Below are positions 56,028-64,000 of a DNA stretch of 64,000 bases, piece after piece. Origin of the DNA: an uncultured bacterium (GTDB lineage: Bacteria; Verrucomicrobiota; Verrucomicrobiia; Limisphaerales; UBA8199); NCBI GenBank assembly GCA_963713735.1, contig CAVQND010000024.1, positions 77,556 to 141,555 of the forward strand, written 5' to 3'. The notes under the pieces are model-generated. The model saw only the letters and a program-made list of their open reading frames with translations. It was not told where the DNA came from and searched no databases. Position 1 is the first letter of the stretch. Each line of letters opens with the position of its first letter. Position numbers and translations under genes: made by a program.

Positions 56028-56465
56028 ATGAAGAGATTGCTATTCATTGACGACGAAAGGCTGCCCATGGAGTCTTACGAGAAGGTTCTCAAGCGGAAGG
56101 GCTACGAGGTCGTGAGGTGCTACACGGTTGACGAAGCTATCGCGTTTGCGCGCTCCAATCCCCCGTCTGTTGACGCGATCATCCTTGACCTTATGATGCC
56201 TGCGGGTGAAGCGTTTAGGAACGAGGATACGGAAGGTGGACTCAAGACGGGCGTGCTGCTTTACCGCGAACTCCGCAAGGACCTGCCGAATGCGCCCGTG
56301 CTTGTGCTCACGAACTATCCGCAACCGGAGATTCTGAGTGCTCTTCCCAGTGGTGATAAGAGGGTATCGGTGAAGACCAAGTATTCGTGCCCCCCCTTGG
56401 AACTGCCAGAGGTGCTGGAAGCTCTTTGGAGCAACGTCGCGAAAGAGATGGAGAATCCTGAATGA
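56028..56465 (+). CDS. Stand-alone receiver (REC, CheY-like) domain protein
   Basis: MKRLLFIDDE. Acceptor D in AIILDLMMPAGE. Conserved T in LVLTNY. Lower local GC. Confidence 0.7.
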   Translation: MKRLLFIDDERLPMESYEKVLKRKGYEVVRCYTVDEAIAFARSNPPSVDAIILDLMMPAGEAFRNEDTEGGLKTGVLLYRELRKDLPNAPVLVLTNYPQPEILSALPSGDKRVSVKTKYSCPPLELPEVLEALWSNVAKEMENPE

Positions 56466-57151
56466 ATGTCACACGGAATTTCGCAGAAATCACGAATCGA
56501 ACGCTCGCGGAGTGCGAAGCCGAGGTCCGGCGCCTCAGCGAGATCCTCCTGTCTCCGCACACAGCACCTCCGGGCAGCCCTGAAGCTCGAGAAAAGACCG
56601 CCGCCATGTTCGAAGAGTGGGCCCTGACTGTCCTCGTCAGGGTGTTCGGAGGCGACTGCGTGCCAGCCCAGAAGCCCTACCTCATCGAAAAGGCTGCAAC
56701 GTATGCTTCTGACAGGCTCATTCCGGCCTTCTGGCGCCTTCTCGATCCGAGGTATCCCAAGGAGATCAGGAGCGCGGCGCGCAGGGGAATGCTCGTGATC
56801 CTGCGGAGGAGCCTTTCCGGTGACTTGCAGGAGGGCGAGCTTTCCGAAGGAACAGGAAGGGCGAAGGACGATTCATTTCTGCCCGAGGCAGTGGCTGCGG
56901 GATGGGAGGAGCCTTCGGAGCGCCGGTTCCGCGATTTGGTGCGACTGGAAGCGAGGGGCACAATTTCTCTTGCGGAACAGGAGGAACTCGAAAGGTTGGC
57001 CGGACTTCGACGGAAGGCCGTGTCGCCGATGCCAGCCGATGAAGCCGTCCTGGAAGAGCAGCGGCTCACCGCGCTGAGGAAAGTCTTAGGCGCGTTGGAA
57101 GACTATGCCCGGAGTTTTGACACCACGGATTCGTCGCGGCCCAGCGCCTGA
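56462..57151 (+). CDS. Hypothetical protein (229 aa), translationally coupled between the REC and HNH genes
   Basis: 4-nt overlap with the REC gene. Overlaps the HNH gene. Helical and charged. No recognised motifs. Confidence 0.4.
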   Translation: MNVTRNFAEITNRTLAECEAEVRRLSEILLSPHTAPPGSPEAREKTAAMFEEWALTVLVRVFGGDCVPAQKPYLIEKAATYASDRLIPAFWRLLDPRYPKEIRSAARRGMLVILRRSLSGDLQEGELSEGTGRAKDDSFLPEAVAAGWEEPSERRFRDLVRLEARGTISLAEQEELERLAGLRRKAVSPMPADEAVLEEQRLTALRKVLGALEDYARSFDTTDSSRPSA

Positions 57152-57704
57152 CTGCGTCTTGACGCCTCGGAACTGCAGGGATGCCCTGCCCGAGCTGCGA
57201 CGCGATTTTCAGGACCGCTGTGCTTACTCGATGCAGCACTTGCGGTACGCGGGCGGCCTTACATGCATGGAGGTGGATCACTTCGATCCAGGCAAGAGGG
57301 ACGATCCCGTCCAGGACTACGACAACCTCTTTCTGGCCTCTCGCCACTGCAACAGGGCCAAGGGGACCTTCTGGCCGACCGACGAGGAGGCAGCCCAAGC
57401 CATACGCTTGCTCAACCCCTGCAAAGAGACGGATTACGGCGAGCACATTTTTGAAGACTCTGTGACGAGCAAACTGGTGGGAGCAACACCCCCTGGCCGC
57501 ACCCAAATTCGAGTCTGCGACCTGAACGCGCCGCACCTCGTGGAGGAGCGAAAGCTCAGGGCTGACATTCTGGCGATGTTGGCCAAGCTGACCAGCAAGG
57601 CGAGGTCCAAAAACGTCGGCCTACCCTCCGAACTCTTGGCAAAGGTGGCCGAGGCCACGGACTTCATGATTCCGCCAATTCCTCCCCCGCCTTCTTCTTC
57701 CTGA
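57105..57704 (+). CDS. HNH endonuclease-domain protein
   Basis: CAYSMQHL...CMEVDHFDPGKRDDPVQDYDNLFLASRHCNRAKG (C..C / H-N..N / C..C pattern). Confidence 0.6.
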   Translation: MPGVLTPRIRRGPAPDCVLTPRNCRDALPELRRDFQDRCAYSMQHLRYAGGLTCMEVDHFDPGKRDDPVQDYDNLFLASRHCNRAKGTFWPTDEEAAQAIRLLNPCKETDYGEHIFEDSVTSKLVGATPPGRTQIRVCDLNAPHLVEERKLRADILAMLAKLTSKARSKNVGLPSELLAKVAEATDFMIPPIPPPPSSS

Positions 57705-57888
57705 GCCGTGCGGATGGGGGCTCGGCGTCTTTGAATCAGCGGCGCAGCCATGGCGTTGGCCACCAGTTGCTCAGCGTAACGGTGGTTCTATGCATTGCCG
57801 GTCTGGCGCTTGACTTGCAGGCACATGTGCTTCGTCAAGAATCGACTTTCGCTGCATTCGCTCGCGGAAGAAGTCACCCGCAACTGCG

Positions 57889-59385
57889 CTACGACTTCCT
57901 CAGCGGCGGTCCGGGCGCAAGAAATGGACGGCTTGCATCCACACGCAGCCAGGCCAGCGCGCCGAGAAAGTAGGAGGCGGCAAACACCACGAACACCGCC
58001 TTCCAATTCCAAAGGATAGCGACCTTGGCGGCGACCAGCGGGCTGAGCATGGCGCCGATGGCGCCCGCCGAATTCATACAGCCGCTCACCGTCCCGGCGC
58101 AACGTCCGCCAATGTCCACCGAGGCGGACCACATAGCCGGCAGGGCCAGGTCCTGAAAAGCCGAGGCGATGCAAATGATGAGGATGACCGGCCAAGGAGA
58201 ATTGGTGCGCGAGACCGCCAGTGCGCAAGCGGCGGCTACGCCCAAGCCAATAGCCCCCTGCAGGCTGCGCCCCCAGCGCTGGCTCCCCGTGGAGCCGATC
58301 AACACGTCGGACAGCCGCCCCCCCGCCAGGCAGGCCAGGCCACCGACCAACAACGGCAACCCGGTCATGATTTCCGAATGGGAATAATCCACCTGGAATT
58401 GGTCCTTCAAGTATTTGGGCAGAAAGGTGACGTAGAAGAACCAACTGAAGCTGGCGGTGAACGAAGCCACATACAGCCAGAGCAGGTTCGGCGAGAAAAA
58501 CAGCCGCCCCCACGGAACCTGGGCCGGAGCCTCGTCCTGGTAAATGGACTCCTGCCCGGCGGCTCCGGCGCGGATGAGCGCGCACTCGGCCTGGTTGGCC
58601 GAGGCCTGATCCTCAGGCCGATCCCGGAACCAAACAAAGAAGAGCAGCGCCCACAACATGCCCGCTGCGCCCAGAATCCAGAACGCGCGCTGCCAGCCTC
58701 CCGCCACCACCACGAGGCTGCCGATGATGGTTGGCGCAATGGCTCCGCCGAACCTGCTGGAGAGCCAAATTGCGCCCTGCGCCGCCCCACGCTCGCGGAA
58801 GGGGAACCAGCGGCCCAGCGCCCGCGCGATGTTCGGATACGCCCCCGCCTCGCCCAGGCCAAAAAGAAAGCGGACCAGCACCATCGCGCCAACAAATATC
58901 CAAGGTTCGGGGCGGGGAAAAAACCAGCCCGCCAGGGCCCTCACCCCGCCCGTCAGCGCCGTGAACAAAGACCACCAAAGCACAATCAGCAGGATAATGG
59001 CGCGCGGGCGGAACCGGTCTGCCAGCCAGCCCCCGGGCAAACCGAACAAAACGTACCCGAGCACAAAAGCTGAGAATACCCAGCTCATTCGTTCGGTCGC
59101 GCCGTCCTGGGCCAGTTTGGCCCGGGCCTCACTGTCGTTGGCCAGACCCTTTGCCGCCAGCGTCCGCTCGTCGCGAGCCGAGAGCCGATCGAAATTGAGG
59201 TCACGCTCGATCTCGCCCTGCACGCGCATGATGCAGATGCGGTCGAGGTAGGTCAAGCAGGCCAGCGAACAAAGCAGGACCAGCACCAGGTAGCGCACGC
59301 GGGTCGGCCGGACGCCGGTGAGACCGGCAGGCGCGTTTTCGGTATTCGACTGGTGCTGAATAGTCAGATCGATTTTTGCCCCCAT
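57889..59385 (-). CDS. MFS transporter
   Basis: Twelve-TM profile. GLPGGWLADRFRPRA MFS motif. Confidence 0.8.
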   Translation of the reverse strand: MGAKIDLTIQHQSNTENAPAGLTGVRPTRVRYLVLVLLCSLACLTYLDRICIMRVQGEIERDLNFDRLSARDERTLAAKGLANDSEARAKLAQDGATERMSWVFSAFVLGYVLFGLPGGWLADRFRPRAIILLIVLWWSLFTALTGGVRALAGWFFPRPEPWIFVGAMVLVRFLFGLGEAGAYPNIARALGRWFPFRERGAAQGAIWLSSRFGGAIAPTIIGSLVVVAGGWQRAFWILGAAGMLWALLFFVWFRDRPEDQASANQAECALIRAGAAGQESIYQDEAPAQVPWGRLFFSPNLLWLYVASFTASFSWFFYVTFLPKYLKDQFQVDYSHSEIMTGLPLLVGGLACLAGGRLSDVLIGSTGSQRWGRSLQGAIGLGVAAACALAVSRTNSPWPVILIICIASAFQDLALPAMWSASVDIGGRCAGTVSGCMNSAGAIGAMLSPLVAAKVAILWNWKAVFVVFAASYFLGALAWLRVDASRPFLAPGPPLRKS

Positions 59386-60236
59386 GGCATGGGCATCGTT
59401 GGCGGCTGGCGATGGTGGTCGCGGCGGACGTCCCTCGGGCGGTTCTTGAAATAATGGATGAAGCGCACGAGCTGCTTGACCGCTTCTTCATAGGCCTGCT
59501 GGCCCTTGGCGGCGGAACCCAGTTCGGCTGCACCGAGGGTCCCGGTCGTTGAATAGCTGCTGGTCCAGGAAACCAAAGTCGCAGGTCCTGCCGCAAACAG
59601 GTCCATCCAATTGAAGGGACTGCCTTCGTCGTTGAGGCTGATCGTCCCGTTGCGGATCTGATCTTTGCGCACATTGTCCCCATCCAGGTGGAGGTAGAGC
59701 GATGTTTCCAACTCGCAGGCGTGCGAGCAGCCGCCGGGGAATTTGCTCTGACGCCAGCGCGGCAAGAAGGTCGGGTCCACCGTCAGAAAGCTCCACCAGC
59801 CAGCGGCGATGCACTCGGCGTCGGTTTCGAGGTTCGTGCGGCGGGCGACCAGGTCGAGATTGGGCATATTGGAGCCGTGGCCGTTGAGCAGCAGGATTTT
59901 CTTGAAGCCGTGGTAAGCGAGGGACTTGGTGATGTCCAGCACGTGTTGGATGAAATGCTCGAAATCGCTGTTGATGGTGCCCGGAAAATCCAGCACGTGC
60001 CCGGTGTAGCCGTAGCAGACCGGCGGCAGGACCAGCAGTGACTCGGGCGCTTGCAGCCCGGCGCCGCGGGCGACTCCCACCGGACAGACCACATCAACGT
60101 TTAACGGCAAATGCGGTCCGTGTTGTTCGATGGCCCCGCAGGGCACGATGCACACCTTCTTCAACTCAATGGCGTCGTTGATCTCAGGCCAGGTCAGTTT
60201 CTCGTAACGATATTCGCTCGCGGCGCGTGTGCTCAT
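59364..60236 (-). CDS. Creatininase-family amidohydrolase
   Basis: CIVPCGAIEQHGPHLPLNVD, LLLNGHGSN, ACELETS. Confidence 0.8.
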   Translation of the reverse strand: MSTRAASEYRYEKLTWPEINDAIELKKVCIVPCGAIEQHGPHLPLNVDVVCPVGVARGAGLQAPESLLVLPPVCYGYTGHVLDFPGTINSDFEHFIQHVLDITKSLAYHGFKKILLLNGHGSNMPNLDLVARRTNLETDAECIAAGWWSFLTVDPTFLPRWRQSKFPGGCSHACELETSLYLHLDGDNVRKDQIRNGTISLNDEGSPFNWMDLFAAGPATLVSWTSSYSTTGTLGAAELGSAAKGQQAYEEAVKQLVRFIHYFKNRPRDVRRDHHRQPPTMPMPWGQKSI

Positions 60237-60299
60237 CGGATGAGGTTACGCAGAAGAGCAAATTGGCGCAAAAAGAATTCGCTTGAGTAACCAGGCGGC

Positions 60300-61296
60300 A
60301 TGAGGCAGTTTTTTCCCGCTTCCGGCTCGAACAGCCTTTTAGCGCACATGCGATTGCTCAGAGTCATAATGGTGTGGGTCCTTTTGGCCGGCGCGCCGGC
60401 ATTCGGCAGCGGAGTTGAATCATCTGCGGCCTCGCCCGAGGCCGCGCCGGCACGAGCCGCCACGGCCGAGCGGGCGGAGCCGCGCCTGCCGGAGCAGGCG
60501 GTCGAAATCAGGCGCCTCCACACGCCTTGGGGCCCTTTTCCCATCACGAACTCAATGGTGGTGACGTGGATCGTCGCGGCGGGCCTGATCCTCTTTGCCC
60601 AGGCCGCCACTCGGAAGATGAAGGAAGTGCCCGACGGGGCGCAGAACTTCTGGGAATGGATGGTCGAGAACCTCTACGGTTTTATCGAGGGGATCATCGG
60701 AGCACACCTGGTGAAGCGGACGTTCTGGTTTTTCGCCACGATCTTCATTTTCATCCTGTTCGCCAACTGGATGGGCCTGATTCCCGGCGTGGGGACCATC
60801 GGCTGGGGCCATCAGACGCCACAGGGGTTTGTGGTCGATAAGCCCTGGTTCCGGGGCGCCAATGCGGACTTGAACATGACGCTGGCGATGGCCCTGGTTT
60901 TCTTCGCCTGCTGGATCTACTGGGCGCTGCGGGAGATCGGCCCGATAGGCTTCCTGATGCATCTGTTTGCGCCCAAAGGGCGAAACCAGCGGCCTGCTCA
61001 AGCTGCTGATGGTCATCGTCTTCTTCGCCGTCGGGTGCCTCGAGGTCTTTTCAATCCTTTTCCGCCCCGTATCCCTGAGCTTCCGTCTCTACGGCAACAT
61101 TTTCGCAGGCGAGAACATGCTTGAGGCCATGTCCAACCTGGTGCCGGGCCTGGGCTGGCTGCTGCCCATCCCCTTCTATTTCATGGAATTGCTCGTCGGG
61201 TTCGTGCAGGCCCTGGTGTTCATGCTCCTGACGGCCGTCTTCACTATGCTCATTTGCGCGCACGAAGAAGGGCACGAGGCGGCGGTGCAACACTGA
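60300..61296 (+). CDS. atpB: F0F1 ATP synthase subunit a. Frameshift at about 60970.
   Basis: FANWMGLIPG. Arg-containing helix VSLSFRLYGNIFAGE in ORF 60967..61296. Confidence 0.8.
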
Positions 61297-61370
61297 AAGA
61301 GACTTTCGACGGTTTGACCGTGTTCAATCGCGGGAGCCGCCGAGCAACAGAACAGAAAGGAAAAACATAT

Positions 61371-61595
61371 ATGTCGTTAATGCCAATGTTGGCGGAAGGA
61401 CTGACCGGCAATCTCCACGTCGGCCTGGCGGCGCTGGGCGCGGCCCTGGGCGTGGGCTTCATCGGCATGAAGGCCTCCGAAGCGGTCGGACGCAATCCCG
61501 GTGCGGCCACGAAGATTCTGGTCCAGTCAATCCTGGCCATTGCCTTCGCCGAGGCCATCGTGTTCTACGCGTTGTTCCTTGTGCCCAAGCAGTGA
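61371..61595 (+). CDS. atpE: F0F1 ATP synthase subunit c
   Basis: MSLMPMLAEGLTGNLHVGLAALGAALGVGFIGMKASEAVGRNPGAATKILVQSILAIAFAEAIVFYALF. Confidence 0.85.
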   Translation: MSLMPMLAEGLTGNLHVGLAALGAALGVGFIGMKASEAVGRNPGAATKILVQSILAIAFAEAIVFYALFLVPKQ

Positions 61596-61663
61596 CCAGA
61601 GGCCATCGCTTGGGCGCAGGGCCGATTGAACTTTGCGCCTGAGTCCGACCCATTCGCGGCGTT

Positions 61664-62209
61664 ATGAATCAGTTCATGGTATTGGCCCAAGGGGGCGGGG
61701 CGGGGCCCGTCGAGCAGATTGCCCGCACCTTCGGGGTGGACACGGCCCATCTGATCGCCCAGATCATCAGCTTCGTCATCGTCTGCATCTTCCTCTACTT
61801 CCTGGCTTACAAACGCGTGCTGGCCATGCTCGAGGAGCGCCGGCAGCGCATCGCCGAGGGCCTGGCCAACGCCGAGAAGATCAAGGCCGAACTGGCGCGG
61901 GCGGAGGCCCAGCGGCTGGAGATTATCTCCCAGGCCAACGCCCAGGCGGCGCGCCTGATCGAGGAGGCGCGCCAGGCCGCTGCGCGCGTCCAGGAGCAGG
62001 AGACCCAAAAGGCCATCGCCGCAGCCGAGCAGATCATTGCCAAGGCCCGCGAGGCCGCCGCCCAGGACCACGCCCGGATGCTGGCCGAGCTCAAACGGGA
62101 AGTTGGCCGGCTGGTGGTTCAGACTACCGCCACGGTCACCGGCAAGGTTCTCACCGCCGAGGACCAGCGCCGCCTGGCGGAAGAGACGGCCAGGCAAGTG
62201 GCGCTCTGA
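61664..62209 (+). CDS. atpF: F0F1 ATP synthase subunit b
   Basis: N-terminal TM helix, then a long charged coiled coil. Position in the operon. Confidence 0.8.
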   Translation: MNQFMVLAQGGGAGPVEQIARTFGVDTAHLIAQIISFVIVCIFLYFLAYKRVLAMLEERRQRIAEGLANAEKIKAELARAEAQRLEIISQANAQAARLIEEARQAAARVQEQETQKAIAAAEQIIAKAREAAAQDHARMLAELKREVGRLVVQTTATVTGKVLTAEDQRRLAEETARQVAL

Positions 62210-62218
62210 CCTTTCTAT

Positions 62219-62627
62219 GACCGTTTCCAAACAAGCCAAACGCGAGGCCAAGGAACTGTTCCGCTGCTTGCCAGGTCAACGGGCTTATGGACGAAGGCCG
62301 CGCCCGGACCGCAGTGCGGCGGGTGCTCGAGACCCGGCCGCGCGGCTATCTGGCTATCCTGACCCATTTTCAGCGGCTCGTGAAGCTCGAGCTGCAGCGG
62401 CGGACCGCCCGAATCGAGAGCCCCATCGCCCCTGCCCCCCGAGCTGCAAGCGGCCATCCAGGCAGGGCTGGCGCGCGTTTACGGACCGGGCTTGTACCTC
62501 TCGGTTGCGCAAAACCCGGCCCTCATCGGCGGGCTGCGCATCAAGGTGGGGAGCGATGTTTATGACGGCAGCATCAAAGCCCGGTTGGCCGCCCTGGAAG
62601 AAAGCTTCGAGCGGAATGCCGGTTGAA
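62219..62627 (+). CDS. atpH: F0F1 ATP synthase subunit delta. Frameshifted.
   Basis: C-terminal [37 protein letters not shown] in a different frame from the N-terminal part. Operon position. Confidence 0.55.
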
Positions 62628-64000
62628 TTTTATGAGCAACTTATTACAGGAAATTGAAGCCCAAATCGCCGGCGTCAAGACCGCCACCGCCCGCCAGAAT
62701 GTCGGCGTCGTCCGCGAGATCGGCGACGGCGTCGCGCGGATTGAAGGTCTGACCGATGCGATGCTGAACGAGATGCTCGATTTCGGCAAAGGCGTCGTTG
62801 GGCTGGCGTTGAATCTCGAGGAAACCGACGTAGGCGCCATCATCCTGGGCGACTATACGCAGATCGAGGAAGGCGACGAGGTTCGGACGACGGGCAAGCT
62901 CTTGCAGGTGCCGGTGGGCAAGGGCCTGCTGGGCCGCGTAGTCAATGCCTTGGGCTGGCCCCTGGACGGCAAAGGACCGGTTCAGAGCGACACGGCCTAC
63001 CCGGTGGAGAAAATCGCCCCGGGCATCATCAAGCGCCAGCCCGTGAGCCAGCCGGTCCAAACGGGCATTATGGCGGTGGACGCCATGATTCCCATCGGGC
63101 GCGGGCAGCGGGAACTCATCATCGGCGATCGGTCCACGGGCAAGACGACGCTGGGCATCGATACGATCATCAGCCAGGCCCGCCTGAATCGCGCCGCCGA
63201 GGAGGCCGGCGACAAGAACTACCGCCCGCTCTACTGCATCTACGTGGCCATCGGGCAGAAGCAGTCCAATATTGCGCGGATCATCGCCGTGCTCGAGCAA
63301 GCCAATGCCATGCCCTACACGATCATCATGGCGGCCTCGGCCTCCGATTCCGCCACCAATCAGTACCTCGCCCCATTCGCCGGCGCCGCGATGGGTGAAT
63401 GGTTCATGGACAACGGCATGGACGCGCTGATCATTTACGACGACCTCTCCAAGCACGCCGTCGCCTATCGCCAGGTCTCGCTGGTCCTCAAACGTCCTTC
63501 AGGCCGCGAGGCCTACCCGGGCGATGTCTTTTACCTCCACAGCCGCCTCCTGGAGCGGGCCGCCCGCCTCAGCGAGAAATACGGCAACGGCTCGCTAACG
63601 GCCCTGCCGATTATCGAAACCCAGGCCGGAGACGTTTCCGCCTATATCCCCACCAACGTCATCTCCGATCACCGACGGCCAGATCTTCCTGGAGACCGAC
63701 CTTTTCTACCAGGGCATCCGCCCGGCCATCTCGGTGGGCATTTCAGTTTCCAGGGTCGGGTCGGCGGCCCAGGTCAAGGGGATGAAGCAGGTCGCCGGGC
63801 GCATCAAACTCGAGTTGGCCCAGTTCCGGGAACTGGCCGCTTTCGCCCAGTTCGGCTCGGACCTGGACGCCAAGACCCAGGGGCAAATCGAGCGCGGCAA
63901 GCGCATCGTCGAGGTCTTCAAGCAACCCCAATACAATCCCATCCTCGTCGAGGTCCAGATCGCCGTCCTCTGGACCGTCCAAAACGGCTTCATGGATGAC
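62623..64000 (+). CDS. atpA: F0F1 ATP synthase subunit alpha. Partial, runs off the window. Frameshift at about 63665.
   Basis: Walker [47 protein letters not shown]. Continues in ORF 63399../63706.. frames with [19 protein letters not shown]. Confidence 0.9.

Noticed and set aside
55772-56068. Minus-strand ORF with an LTGHENVSRTLRYFD motif resembling the tyrosine-recombinase box II (LGH...T..Y)
   Set aside because: No upstream HxxR or R box and no other integrase features. The plus-strand frame (GYEGVEI..., resembling a sugar-phosphate isomerase start) is equally weak. The region is treated as uncharacterised lower-GC spacer.

Overview
This is a high-GC (~63-65%) bacterial chromosomal segment. 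Several hallmarks point to a PVC-superphylum (Verrucomicrobia-like) genome: a prepilin-type N-terminal methylation plus DUF1559 protein, a BspA-type LRR protein, FGE-sulfatase-fold proteins, a GH27 alpha-galactosidase and many SPFH proteins. The window mixes housekeeping genes with a large amount of accessory or mobile content.

Housekeeping genes:
- NAD-dependent DNA ligase (ligA)
- F0F1 ATP synthase operon (atpB, atpE, atpF, atpH and the start of atpA)
- MFS transporters
- a long minus-strand operon encoding an ABC transporter, a P1B-type heavy-metal ATPase and three SPFH/HflKC-like proteins

Accessory and mobile content:
1. Two tandem RHS/YD-repeat polymorphic-toxin cassettes. They share a near-identical ~1.1-kb 5' region but carry different C-terminal nuclease-like tips and different downstream immunity genes.
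2. A REP-flanked RAYT (IS200-like) remnant abutting an N-terminally truncated HIT gene.
3. A complete ISAzo13-family IS with perfect 27-bp terminal inverted repeats, inserted in a hexanucleotide (GATTAG/CCTAAT) microsatellite. The same microsatellite recurs at five intergenic sites.
4. A diversity-generating retroelement (DGR). It has a secreted FGE/C-type-lectin-fold target gene, a DGR-type reverse transcriptase (IGxxxSQ and YMDD motifs), and a downstream AAC-rich template repeat. The template repeat differs from the variable region almost only at adenine positions.
5. The DGR sits in a ~4.4-kb island that also carries an IS256 transposase fragment, a HicB/HicA pair and a PIN/RHH pair. The island is bounded by two diverged ~225-bp copies of an MFS-gene 5' end.
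6. A lower-GC defence islet: an ABC-type (AAA_15/DUF3696-like) ATPase with a small partner ORF, a LysR regulator, and a type II restriction-modification (R-M) pair (N6-adenine methyltransferase with NPPW motif, plus an endonuclease).
7. A second lower-GC three-gene module: a receiver-domain (REC) protein, an unknown protein and an HNH nuclease.

Major caveat: many genes show single-base frameshifts, including the essential genes ligA, atpA, atpB and atpH. This argues for assembly or sequencing indel errors, so pseudogene calls here are unreliable.
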